IMG/VR virus record: IMGVR_UViG_2902146782_000003
Origin: a virus
Lineage: Duplodnaviria; Heunggongvirae; Uroviricota; Caudoviricetes
Direction: 5' to 3' (one strand)
Length of the DNA: 64,000 nucleotides
A program made the translations under genes and the position numbers. Shown piece by piece: positions 50,519-59,708 of this stretch. Below the pieces are notes generated by a model. The model was not told the DNA's origin and searched no databases. It worked only from the letters and a program-made list of their open reading frames with translations. Each line of letters starts with the position of its first letter. The first letter of the stretch is position 1.

Positions 50519-50824
50519 ATGAAAAAAATCATTAACGGAAGAAAATACGATACGGAAACAGCAAAAGAAATTGGTTATTGGAGCAATGGATATCCATGTT
50601 CTGACTTCAATCATTGCGAGGAAACCTTATATCTTAAGAAAACAGGAGAATATTTCCTGTACGGAGAAGGTGGTGCTTTAACTGAATATGCAAGAAGTGT
50701 ATGTGGCGGAAGCACTGGTGGATCTCGAATTATTCCTTTGACTGAAGAAGGGGCAAAGAACTGGGCTATGGATCATCTGGAATGTGATGAATATGAAGCG
50801 TTGTTTGGAGAGGTAGAAGAATGA
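50519..50824 (+). CDS. Hypothetical protein (common MGE family KKYDTETA..EETLY..GEYFLYGEGG)
   Basis: 101 aa, AAGGAGG RBS. Confidence 0.65.
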   Translation: MKKIINGRKYDTETAKEIGYWSNGYPCSDFNHCEETLYLKKTGEYFLYGEGGALTEYARSVCGGSTGGSRIIPLTEEGAKNWAMDHLECDEYEALFGEVEE

Positions 50825-51210
50825 AATTTAATGGAAAATGTAAGATTCGATTACTTAGAGATTTTCCAGCAATCAATTTGAGAATGGGTGACAGCCTTAC
50901 TGTTTATAAATATAAGTATAAAAAGTGTTCCGATGAAATTACATATGTTCATCCAAGAACATATCTTAGATTTACCCCAGAAGATGTGAAGGAACTGTCG
51001 GATGACGCAAAAGAATATGAATTCAAAGTGTTTATGGGACCAGACGGAATAGATGGTCCGTGTCTTGGGAAAATGCGTGTGACCGAAAATTCTGCTGACG
51101 AAGCTTATAGTGTAATGCTTGATATTATTGGTTGTAGATTAGCAGAGGCATTTCCAGAACTTGATATTCCGTATTCTATTGAATTAGTTGAAGAAAGCGA
51201 GGATGCATAA
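50821..51210 (+). CDS. Hypothetical protein
   Basis: 129 aa, coupled start/stop. Confidence 0.6.
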   Translation: MKFNGKCKIRLLRDFPAINLRMGDSLTVYKYKYKKCSDEITYVHPRTYLRFTPEDVKELSDDAKEYEFKVFMGPDGIDGPCLGKMRVTENSADEAYSVMLDIIGCRLAEAFPELDIPYSIELVEESEDA

Positions 51211-51212
51211 TT

Positions 51213-51575
51213 ATGCAAAACGTGTATATTACCAGAAATGGAAAGCAGATTCAGCTCACAGTGAATGAAATTATGGCAGCTTGGGTTGCCTGGGATGCGG
51301 AAACAAGAAAACAACAGTTGGGGACTTACAAAGAAGAAGTTAAACAGACATTATTAAAATTAAGTAAGGAAAATGACAAACCTGAATATGAAAAGGCTGC
51401 GGATAATGACGACATTGTAGATGAAATTGCTAGAGATATTAGAAGAGCCATTGAAAATGGATGTGATTATGATTGGTGCTTTGATACCAGTAAGTATGGA
51501 GGTTTTATGGATAGTTATAATACTGCGATAGTAGTTTGGGGAAAGGCGGATGACATAGATGAGACTGATTATTGA
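51213..51575 (+). CDS. Hypothetical protein
   Basis: 120 aa. Confidence 0.6.
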   Translation: MQNVYITRNGKQIQLTVNEIMAAWVAWDAETRKQQLGTYKEEVKQTLLKLSKENDKPEYEKAADNDDIVDEIARDIRRAIENGCDYDWCFDTSKYGGFMDSYNTAIVVWGKADDIDETDY

Positions 51576-51885
51576 AGGTAAAACAAATAGAGATGACGTA
51601 ATGGTAAATACAGCGAAAGTAACATTACCATCTGGAGATGTGTATACGATTGATAGGGATTGTACTGAATACACTATTAGTACAGTAACCGGGTATTTAT
51701 CAATGACTTGGGATATGTGTTATCTACATATGATTAACGATATTTTATTATTTGATAATACCGCTTATCTCTCAAGCGATGATGGATTTCAGGATATTCT
51801 TAATGAAGGGACGTTGGAACTTGAACTTGAGGATGATGCTGGTTCAGATTATGTTGTTGAAGTTGCTAAATGGAGCTTTTGTTGA
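51559..51885 (+). CDS. Acidic hypothetical protein
   Basis: 108 aa. Confidence 0.55.
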   Translation: MRLIIEGKTNRDDVMVNTAKVTLPSGDVYTIDRDCTEYTISTVTGYLSMTWDMCYLHMINDILLFDNTAYLSSDDGFQDILNEGTLELELEDDAGSDYVVEVAKWSFC

Positions 51886-51898
51886 AAGGAGTTAAATT

Positions 51899-52297
51899 AT
51901 GGGATCAGTATATTCTATATATTCACAGATGAAATTCAAAGATAAGAACAAAGCAATTAAAATACTGCAAGCAAAAATCAGCAGAGGAAAAGAAGAGCAT
52001 ACTGATTATGGACTGGATACATATAGAAAATCAGAGAACTTAGACATTAACGATATTGATGATCTAATTGCTGTGTTTATTGGTATCGGAAAAATGTTCG
52101 ATGTTGCTAACGATGATGATGGTTGGACTACTTACTCTAATGGATTTGACGCCACTTATGGATGGGAATCTGTCATGATGGAAATGTTTGAAGAACTTGC
52201 ACCAGTGTTAGAAGATGGATCAGACCTTTTCATTAATTGTGATGATGGAGTAGATGTGTTAGTTATTAAGGATGGAAAATGTATTCAAGAGAAATGA
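51899..52297 (+). CDS. Hypothetical protein directly upstream of the RT
   Basis: 132 aa, AAGGAG RBS. Confidence 0.6.
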   Translation: MGSVYSIYSQMKFKDKNKAIKILQAKISRGKEEHTDYGLDTYRKSENLDINDIDDLIAVFIGIGKMFDVANDDDGWTTYSNGFDATYGWESVMMEMFEELAPVLEDGSDLFINCDDGVDVLVIKDGKCIQEK

Positions 52298-52306
52298 GGT
52301 GATGAG

Positions 52307-53602
52307 ATGAAGGATATTTTGCTAGAGAAAGTGTTTGAAGCAGAAAGATGGGAAGCAGCAATTAATAAAGGGTTTTTCAAGGGAATTGATAAAGGAGAGC
52401 TGCGTCAACTTTGTGGTCCAGAGACAAGAATAAGATTGGCAATGGCAATTCTGGAAGATAATTATGAAATCGCTCCGCCACACCAGGCATTAATTCCAAA
52501 GGACAATGGAGAGTTTCGAACAGTATATGTAAATGAAAATATCGACAGAATCTTCTTATCTATCGTAAATGATTTGCTATTTGAATTGTGTTCAGATATG
52601 ATTCATCCAGCTTGCAAAAGTTATCAGAAGGGAATCGGCTGCGGCAAAGTCGTACAGGAGATATCTCGTAAACTTCAACCAGATTTACATCAGCATTTAA
52701 ATGATATTTTAGGATTCAAAGCAGATTTAAGTAAGTACTTTGATTCTGTTCCGATTGAATTTATCGATGACGCATTTGATTGTGTGGAAAGGAGAACTGG
52801 AAAATCAAAGGTAATTACAATTTTACGAAAATATTATCATACAGACCTTTGTTTTGATCCAGATGGAAATTTAATTAAACATTACCAGAGCTTAAAGCAA
52901 GGATGTGCGGTAGCTTCATTTTTAGCCGATGTAATGTTGCATCATGTTGATCTTAAGCTTTATGAAAAGTCACACATTAACATGGCTAGTATGTATGTAA
53001 GATATTCGGACGATATTTTATACATTGGAACTCAATATGAAAATGCCATGAGTATTCTTGAAGAAGAATTAAATAAGATGTCGATGAAATTGAATCCAAA
53101 GAAAGTAGAATACCTTACAGGTGATAAATGGTTTAAGTTCCTGGGATTTATGATAAAGGGAAGTCAAATTACATTATCACCAAATCGTGTAAAGCAATTT
53201 CAGAAAGAAATTGGAAAACGAAGCATTGGTAACTTAAATTATCATATCGGCGGTAAAATTGCTTTGAAATCTATTAACCGATATCTATACAAAGGAGATG
53301 GAACTTATTCTTGGGCAACGCAGGTGCTTCCGATTATCAATGTGGAGAAAGATATTGATACATTGAATGAATTTGTTATGGATTGTATCCGAGCCTGCCA
53401 GACAGGTAAAAGAAATATTGGTGGATTAGGGACTGTAACTAATCGAAAAGATTGCACGATTCTTAGAGGAACCGGAAAAAATGTATCTGCCAATAGAAAG
53501 AACACAGAAAAAGAAATTGAAGGATACTATAGCATTCGGTGTATGCAGAAAGCTTTGAATATCTGCAGACCGGTATACGATACAATTGTAAGGGAGATGT
53601 GA
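52307..53602 (+). CDS. Stand-alone reverse transcriptase (unknown-group type)
   Basis: RT motifs IPKDNGEFR, DRIFL, SYQKG, KADLSKYFDSV, LKQGCAVASFLA, YVRYSDD, LNPKK, FLGF; no nuclease, Cas1 or maturase-endonuclease fusion. Confidence 0.92.
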   Translation: MKDILLEKVFEAERWEAAINKGFFKGIDKGELRQLCGPETRIRLAMAILEDNYEIAPPHQALIPKDNGEFRTVYVNENIDRIFLSIVNDLLFELCSDMIHPACKSYQKGIGCGKVVQEISRKLQPDLHQHLNDILGFKADLSKYFDSVPIEFIDDAFDCVERRTGKSKVITILRKYYHTDLCFDPDGNLIKHYQSLKQGCAVASFLADVMLHHVDLKLYEKSHINMASMYVRYSDDILYIGTQYENAMSILEEELNKMSMKLNPKKVEYLTGDKWFKFLGFMIKGSQITLSPNRVKQFQKEIGKRSIGNLNYHIGGKIALKSINRYLYKGDGTYSWATQVLPIINVEKDIDTLNEFVMDCIRACQTGKRNIGGLGTVTNRKDCTILRGTGKNVSANRKNTEKEIEGYYSIRCMQKALNICRPVYDTIVREM

Positions 53603-53604
53603 GT

Positions 53605-53967
53605 ATGTATATTGTACCGAAAATTGAAGTAAGAGAAGCGGAAGACATTGCAGATTTCGCTACGACAATGGATTCAGACATGAACCAGTATTTTGAAGAA
53701 AAGAAAACATTGTTGGAAGATATACCAAGAGGTGAGAATCCCGGAACTGCATATTATTCGTTTTATCCAGCGGTAATAAATCCTAAGCTGTTTTATGCGT
53801 ATATTTTAGCAATTAAGTATTTTCAAGATGGTACATGTCGATGGAAATTATGTTTAACATCTAGGGAAAATGAAGAGTGCCATATGACATTAGGAATTAT
53901 GAGAGGAACTGAAGAAGAAGCGAAAAAACGACTTGCAATGATTCTTTCTTCTGGAAGCATTAAATGA
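53605..53967 (+). CDS. Hypothetical protein directly downstream of the RT
   Basis: Start MYIVPK two bases after the RT stop. Confidence 0.55.
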   Translation: MYIVPKIEVREAEDIADFATTMDSDMNQYFEEKKTLLEDIPRGENPGTAYYSFYPAVINPKLFYAYILAIKYFQDGTCRWKLCLTSRENEECHMTLGIMRGTEEEAKKRLAMILSSGSIK

Positions 53968-53976
53968 GGTGATTAT

Positions 53977-54624
53977 ATGAGTGAACATTTATTTTTATAT
54001 AGAATTAAAGATTCTGATGATCGTGATTGCTGTGCATATATTGATGCAGCCGGTCCAAAATTTGAATGCAATCACTATTTCAGTTCAATTGATGTATGTG
54101 GCAGCTGCTATTCTGGCAGTGAATTTCCTGTATACGAAGAAATTGAAACGATCCTTACAAAAGATGAATATGAAGAGATTCTTACATTTAACATATTTAT
54201 CAAAGCACTTGGGTATGGAATCACGAAAGGTGATAGTCGATACAGAGCGGGAATCAAACTTATTGATTCTATTAAACATATCTATGATAAATTAAAGTCT
54301 GATGAAGCGTTTGCTTTCTTTGAAGATATTCAAAAAAGCGAAATGGAATATTTAAAAGAAGAATACAATTTATCAGATCGTAATATTGAAGAGATATTTA
54401 ATGAATACGCAGAAGATTTTAGAGATCGCAGTATTGTAAGCTATATATACGATAATAGTGAAGAAGCTGGACGCGAAGAAGCTTGGCAGTTAGGATATGT
54501 CAAAGATGATGACTCAATTTCTTCTAAATATTTTGACTATAAGAAATTTGGAGAAGACTTAGTTGAAGATGATGAATATTTCATGGAATTATGTGATGGA
54601 AGAGTTGTAAGGTTGAGTTATTAA
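53977..54624 (+). CDS. ArdA-like antirestriction protein (acidic DNA mimic)
   Basis: Very acidic; C-terminal YFDYKKFGEDL resembles the ArdA YFDY..FGRDL motif. Confidence 0.5.
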   Translation: MSEHLFLYRIKDSDDRDCCAYIDAAGPKFECNHYFSSIDVCGSCYSGSEFPVYEEIETILTKDEYEEILTFNIFIKALGYGITKGDSRYRAGIKLIDSIKHIYDKLKSDEAFAFFEDIQKSEMEYLKEEYNLSDRNIEEIFNEYAEDFRDRSIVSYIYDNSEEAGREEAWQLGYVKDDDSISSKYFDYKKFGEDLVEDDEYFMELCDGRVVRLSY

Positions 54625-54653
54625 AATTTAATTAAACAAAATGAGGTGATTTT

Positions 54654-54983
54654 ATGTTGATTTTAACGACAAAATTAAAAAACGCAATTAACAAAAAGAA
54701 ACCTGGTATGGAGTTTTCATTGCATCAAATTTCTGTAAATGGGAATAAGCGTGGTACCAGTGGATGGATTAGAAATCCAGAAAATAATTCAGTAGTATAT
54801 GTCAATACAGAAGGAATTAAATGGAACGGTCAACCTAGAAAATATATGTACAGGTATGCTGACGATATGAAAGATACTCATGGTTATCATAATAGATGGG
54901 CTAATTCATTAGAGGAATTAGTAAATGGAATTACAGAATTACTTTTGTTTCCGGTAAGCGAAGTAAAAGATCGTCGAATATAA
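54654..54983 (+). CDS. Hypothetical protein
   Basis: 109 aa, GAGGTG RBS. Confidence 0.6.
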   Translation: MLILTTKLKNAINKKKPGMEFSLHQISVNGNKRGTSGWIRNPENNSVVYVNTEGIKWNGQPRKYMYRYADDMKDTHGYHNRWANSLEELVNGITELLLFPVSEVKDRRI

Positions 54984-55001
54984 AAGAGAGGATGTGAGAT
55001 T

Positions 55002-55220
55002 ATGCCAGAGCCAGAGAAAAAATTAATTGAAGTTACAGTAGAAAAACGACTTAGAGTATGCAAAGAGATTGAGGCCACAGAAGAAGAAATTGAATTCCTC
55101 AGACGAGGAGAAAATCCTTTCGAAAGTGAATTTAGTGATGAGGAGATGGAGCATGGCGATATTGAATGGGATTTTGCAGCTGCTGATGAATACGGTAGAA
55201 CAATTATAGGTTGGGATTAA
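55002..55220 (+). CDS. Small acidic protein
   Basis: 72 aa, E-rich. Confidence 0.55.
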   Translation: MPEPEKKLIEVTVEKRLRVCKEIEATEEEIEFLRRGENPFESEFSDEEMEHGDIEWDFAAADEYGRTIIGWD

Positions 55221-55249
55221 TCAAATAGATAAAAGCGAGGAAAGCGAAT

Positions 55250-56446
55250 ATGAATAGCGAATTAATAGTAAAAGATGTGGAATTTCATGGAGATATGTTA
55301 AGAGCAGCACAGGATCCGGACGGAAAGGTTTGGGTTGGTGTTCGTTGGATGTGTCAGGGTATTGGTTTTGGAGAAGATAAGATCGATAATGAACGGAAGA
55401 AAATACAAAAAGATGTTGTTATATCCCAAGGAGTAAAATTTCACTCCTTGGGATCTGGGAATTCAAATACAAAGGTTCTTTGTCTTGATCTTGACTATGT
55501 CCCTTTATGGCTAGCAAAAATTGCTATTACACCAACAATGCAGAGAGAAAATCCTGTATTAGTAAATAAACTAATCGATTATCAGTTAAAGGCAAAAGAT
55601 GTCCTTGCAGCTGCATTCTTAGGAGACAAGAAAACGACAGAAGAAATTGTTCCAGTATATAAACCACAAGGGAATATGATTCAGCTGCAATTTCCGGATA
55701 TTCAGATGCCTACAATTCCGGATTATTCAAATCGACTCGATGAAATTAATAACAAGATCGATAAATTATATACTGAAATTGGAAAGTTTGCAACAGCAAT
55801 GATGAATAAGAATGCTGATCCGGTTAAATTAAACAATGCAATACCTGTTAAAAAAGAGGATAAAAAGAAAGTTGTATCACCAACAGAACAGGAATATTAC
55901 GATTGGAAGAAAAGAACGAATGAATTTGTTGATAAGCTTTCAGAAAGTTCTAAATTTACTGATCGAAATAGTGTTTTAAAATATTTATATGATTATATAA
56001 ATAAAACATATGGAATTGTATGGGACCAGGAGAAGAGAGAGTACAGAAGAAGACATTCCAATATTTCTAAAGTTTCTACATTTGATGTTATTTATGAAGA
56101 TGAACAATTGCGTTCAATTTTCGATTGTACTCTGGCAGATATGGCTGAAAAGTATAAAAATACATGCAAAATAGATTTAATTATGCAACCTCTAATAAAA
56201 AAGATAAATGATGAAAGCGCAAATTACACTATAAGTTATCGAAAAGTATACGCAATGCTTAGAAAAACAGATCCTAATATTAATTGGGCAAATCTGAAAA
56301 AGAGATATGTTTCTAAACATGGAAGTGCTGGGTATAGTAGAAAAAAGGTCGTTGATAGCAATCCAGAGTTACGTGCGAAATTTGAAAAAGCAGTTAACCT
56401 TGTATTAATGGAGGAGGATAAAAAACATGAAGGTGGAAGAAAATAA
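55250..56446 (+). CDS. P22 Ant-like N-terminal domain antirepressor protein
   Basis: VEFHGDML..VWVGVRWMCQGIG..LCLDLDYVPLWLAKI..KLIDYQLKAKDVLAAAF. Confidence 0.75.
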   Translation: MNSELIVKDVEFHGDMLRAAQDPDGKVWVGVRWMCQGIGFGEDKIDNERKKIQKDVVISQGVKFHSLGSGNSNTKVLCLDLDYVPLWLAKIAITPTMQRENPVLVNKLIDYQLKAKDVLAAAFLGDKKTTEEIVPVYKPQGNMIQLQFPDIQMPTIPDYSNRLDEINNKIDKLYTEIGKFATAMMNKNADPVKLNNAIPVKKEDKKKVVSPTEQEYYDWKKRTNEFVDKLSESSKFTDRNSVLKYLYDYINKTYGIVWDQEKREYRRRHSNISKVSTFDVIYEDEQLRSIFDCTLADMAEKYKNTCKIDLIMQPLIKKINDESANYTISYRKVYAMLRKTDPNINWANLKKRYVSKHGSAGYSRKKVVDSNPELRAKFEKAVNLVLMEEDKKHEGGRK

Positions 56447-56873
56447 CATTCAAACATTTTGCGGAAAAGATCTCTTTAAATGGGAAAGCTGGGATGAGTT
56501 AGATGCCGGGACATTACAGTTCTACGGAGTGGAATTCTGCATTGATTATTTGAAAAAATATAATGGAATGTGTGTGGTTTTAAGTATTGAAGGACAGCTT
56601 GATATATTTTCAGCAGATGAATCTGGGAATGATGTGCATGAATGGTCCGGATTTGTAACAAAGATTCCAGGATTTTTAGCAGGCGAAAAAGTTTACAGAG
56701 TAGTTCATGAATATGACGATGAATTTAGATTTAATGTAACAGAAACAATAGCTATTTGTACAACAGAACAGAAGGCCGATGAAATTGTCGAAGAGAATAA
56801 AAAAGATGGGCTTGATGAAACGAAAGTTATTGGAGTTTGGTTGAAGAATTGGAGGGATAAAGAATGTACTTAA
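56427..56873 (+). CDS. Hypothetical protein
   Basis: 148 aa. Confidence 0.55.
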   Translation: MKVEENNIQTFCGKDLFKWESWDELDAGTLQFYGVEFCIDYLKKYNGMCVVLSIEGQLDIFSADESGNDVHEWSGFVTKIPGFLAGEKVYRVVHEYDDEFRFNVTETIAICTTEQKADEIVEENKKDGLDETKVIGVWLKNWRDKECT

Positions 56874-57103
56874 TAACATTTTTGCCATGCGGAACAAAAT
56901 TTCTTGTTAATCAATCATCAGAAGAAGAAGCTTTGAAATCTGCTGTGAAGGCTAATGAAACCGTTGGTGAAATAGAAGATGTTGATTTAACATTAAAATC
57001 ATTATACATAATTGAACCTGCAGATTTCTCAACATTAATTCAGCTTTTTCAAAAAGAACCATATTGGGGAAACACAGATGATACAATTATTTTCGATGAT
57101 TAG
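56864..57103 (+). CDS. Hypothetical protein
   Basis: 79 aa. Confidence 0.55.
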   Translation: MYLITFLPCGTKFLVNQSSEEEALKSAVKANETVGEIEDVDLTLKSLYIIEPADFSTLIQLFQKEPYWGNTDDTIIFDD

Positions 57104-57117
57104 GGAGGGATAAAGGT

Positions 57118-57342
57118 ATGCCGGATAATATTTGGTTGTATGGGTTTGATGGATTCAACGGTCTGAAGACAGTTGGTTTTGTTATAGCTAATACGGATAC
57201 AGAAGCCGAACATAAGGTTTGGCGAATGTATAATGATTTCGGTACTGATGAATATGATCTGGATGATCTGGTTGTATGGCAACCAAGAAATGATGAAGAT
57301 TATAGAGAAGATTATCCTGATGTAATGGAAATAGTTTATTAG
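57118..57342 (+). CDS. Small acidic protein
   Basis: 74 aa, GGAGG RBS. Confidence 0.55.
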   Translation: MPDNIWLYGFDGFNGLKTVGFVIANTDTEAEHKVWRMYNDFGTDEYDLDDLVVWQPRNDEDYREDYPDVMEIVY

Positions 57343-57358
57343 GAAAGGGATTAATAAT

Positions 57359-57793
57359 ATGAAAATTATAGATAAAAGAACTGAGAAAAAAGAATATACA
57401 TTTAAAGATTTAGTGTGCGGAAATGTGTTCGAATATTCAGGAGATATTTATTTAAAGTTAGATACTTCTGGTGAGGATAATAATGCATACAATCTTAATA
57501 CATGCAAATTTGCAACATTATCAGACGATGCTGTGATGCCAATTGAAACAGAACTCGTAATACGAGATACAAAAAACATGACTGGCCAGAATGACAAAAC
57601 AGAACTTATTGGAGGTATTATTGATATCTTTGAAGATTTTTTAGATAAAAAGGGTGTGACTTTGGAGCCTCCTAAAAAAAGCTATGAAATGGAATTAGAT
57701 GGTAGCATGAATGCTAATATTTATGGCACTGATTATGATTCTATTTCAGATTCATTAGAGTCACTTCTACGAAGTTGGAAAGTAATTGAATAA
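57359..57793 (+). CDS. Hypothetical protein
   Basis: 144 aa, last gene before the ncRNA array. Confidence 0.6.
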   Translation: MKIIDKRTEKKEYTFKDLVCGNVFEYSGDIYLKLDTSGEDNNAYNLNTCKFATLSDDAVMPIETELVIRDTKNMTGQNDKTELIGGIIDIFEDFLDKKGVTLEPPKKSYEMELDGSMNANIYGTDYDSISDSLESLLRSWKVIE

Positions 57794-57807
57794 GTAATTT
57801 AATTAAA

Positions 57808-58787
57808 CGAGAACACACTCGGAATATACAAGATTAATTCAATTCAATGGTGCTGCCATTATTCCTGGTTACGGATCTGAAATCCGGTCTACCGAACCGG
57901 CTTTAAGATCCTCCACCAGGAGAATCGCAGCTCAATATGACTCTGTTAAAGAAATGTGCCAGATTAATTGAGTATATTCAGTCCGGAGTATAACGGAATG
58001 CAAATAAGATATTTAAGATTTAATTATGCAGGCTAAGATAGATGTCTTCTTCAGGAACCTCTGGGTATCCCCAGCACTTCCTGAAGATTACATCTCCAGT
58101 AACCTGCATTATATGAAACAATTATAGAAATATACCGTAAGTATTGAGTTTGCATAATAAATTAATTTAGGAGCATACCAAGTATAAGCAAGATATATTC
58201 TATTTAATGAAGCGGTACATGACGATGACCCAATTCTGTCAGATATCTCTGAAGAAATGCGTTATCGCATTCCGCCTAATATTGATCCATTAAAGAAATA
58301 TGCCACATATGTAGAGCTTATACAAAAAAATCACAAGACAGTGAAATATTAACAAAGCATTTTAATTTTAATCATGGAAGCAAATATTGGAGGAAGCTGC
58401 CGGACTTATCATTCCGGCTGCTACCTCCCTTGCTTCCATAATATGAAACAATTATAGAAATGTCTTAAAAATGTTGAGTTAATATAAAAAAATCGTAAGG
58501 TAACGAGTATCAATAAGACATTTAATTTAATTTCAGAAACAACTACCTGAGGCAATAAATTGCCTCACGACTTGCTCTGGAGATATGAAATGATTATAGT
58601 GATACCTCAGAAATGTTGAATTGATATAAAACCACAAGGCAGTGAATATTAACAAGGTATTTAATATTTAATAAGAAGGTGATGAACTGGAGGAAATCCA
58701 GCCCCCTAACGGAGCTGGATATCCTCCGGATAACCTTCATATATGAAACCATTAAAGGAATGTCTCAGAAATACAGAGTTAATATAA
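57808..58787 (+). ncRNA. Array of six structured ncRNA units (retron-like scaffold with variable hairpin); units start at ~57808, 57982, 58175, 58331, 58493, 58633
   Basis: No ORF. Each unit has a covarying 8-bp + 5-bp closing stem around an AAGA/TTGA-type internal loop, a unique GC-rich hairpin and a conserved ATATGAAAC.ATTAWAGAAATRT motif. Confidence 0.85.
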
Positions 58788-58812
58788 AATAAAATGAAAG
58801 GAAGTAGATAGA

Positions 58813-59301
58813 ATGAGTATTTATGGAGATTTCTTATCCAATTTTAGCAGTGAAAACAAAAGATGGAAAGCAGATTTAAAGAATAAAACATTAATTTGTG
58901 AAGATAAAAAATATATAGAATCTTCTATGTATGATATTCGTCACGATTTAATCGTGATTGACGGAATTAACTCTGATACATCAAGAAAGAAATGTAATGA
59001 AATATGTTTTGAGATCATTGAAAATCTGTATCACAAATACAAATATTCCATTCCAAGTGAAAGAAGCGAAAAATACAGACAAAGAGAATATTTTCGTGCA
59101 TTAAAGCCAGACGAAATGACGGATGAACAGTTAGTTACTGGTGAAGACCGAAATTATGCAAGAGCTGCGCTTGAAGCATTCATTCTTTGTGCCTCTTTGG
59201 CAGGATATTTGACTTGGGACGAAGAGCAGATGGGCAGTCATTGGTTCTATCAGGGAAAGGATAAAGATTTAATTATACTGAAGAAGTGGATCAAATGTTA
59301 G
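58813..59301 (+). CDS. Hypothetical protein directly after the array (candidate RT-system accessory)
   Basis: 162 aa, AAGG RBS. Confidence 0.65.
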   Translation: MSIYGDFLSNFSSENKRWKADLKNKTLICEDKKYIESSMYDIRHDLIVIDGINSDTSRKKCNEICFEIIENLYHKYKYSIPSERSEKYRQREYFRALKPDEMTDEQLVTGEDRNYARAALEAFILCASLAGYLTWDEEQMGSHWFYQGKDKDLIILKKWIKC

Positions 59302-59323
59302 GAGGAACGAAAAATGATTAAAA

Positions 59324-59708
59324 ATCCAAAAATTGGGCAGGAAGTATGGTTTTTCGAACCGTGGGCAGAGGACATCCATAGTGCAAAAATCACGGCGCTT
59401 GGCGAAACAGAGGTTCTGCCAGAAACCCGGAGAAGTATCCATACGCAGATATACATTGGGATGACGGCGGAGACAGCAGCTGTCTGCTGAAAGATTTGTA
59501 TGCTTCGCGAGAAGAACTTCAAAACAAATTAAAAAAAGAAGAAAGAAAAAAGATTGCCGAAATCAAGGATAGTATCAAAGATGCCGGTGACCTGGTGAGG
59601 TTTATGTATGACCACTGCGTGGCCTGTGCGGAAGAGTATACTGACTGGACAGCGAGAAGAGCCGTGAAGGAAATAGCGAAAGAGATGCTTGGGTTGAAAT
59701 TAGAATAA
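59324..59708 (+). CDS. Hypothetical protein, frameshifted at ~59413
   Basis: MIKNPKIGQEVWFF.. joins ..PEKYPYADIHWDD..LYASREEL with one added base. Confidence 0.5.

Noticed and set aside
52307-53602. Group II intron, DGR or classical retron
   Set aside because: No flanking non-coding space or intron ends, no GNxxSQ motif, no TR/VR pair or Avd seen, no VTG/NAxxH motifs and no adjacent msr-msd
57808-58787. CRISPR array or mini-array
   Set aside because: Repeats are degenerate and split into two mutually pairing blocks, the variable parts are long self-complementary hairpins, the period is 140-190 nt, and there are no cas genes
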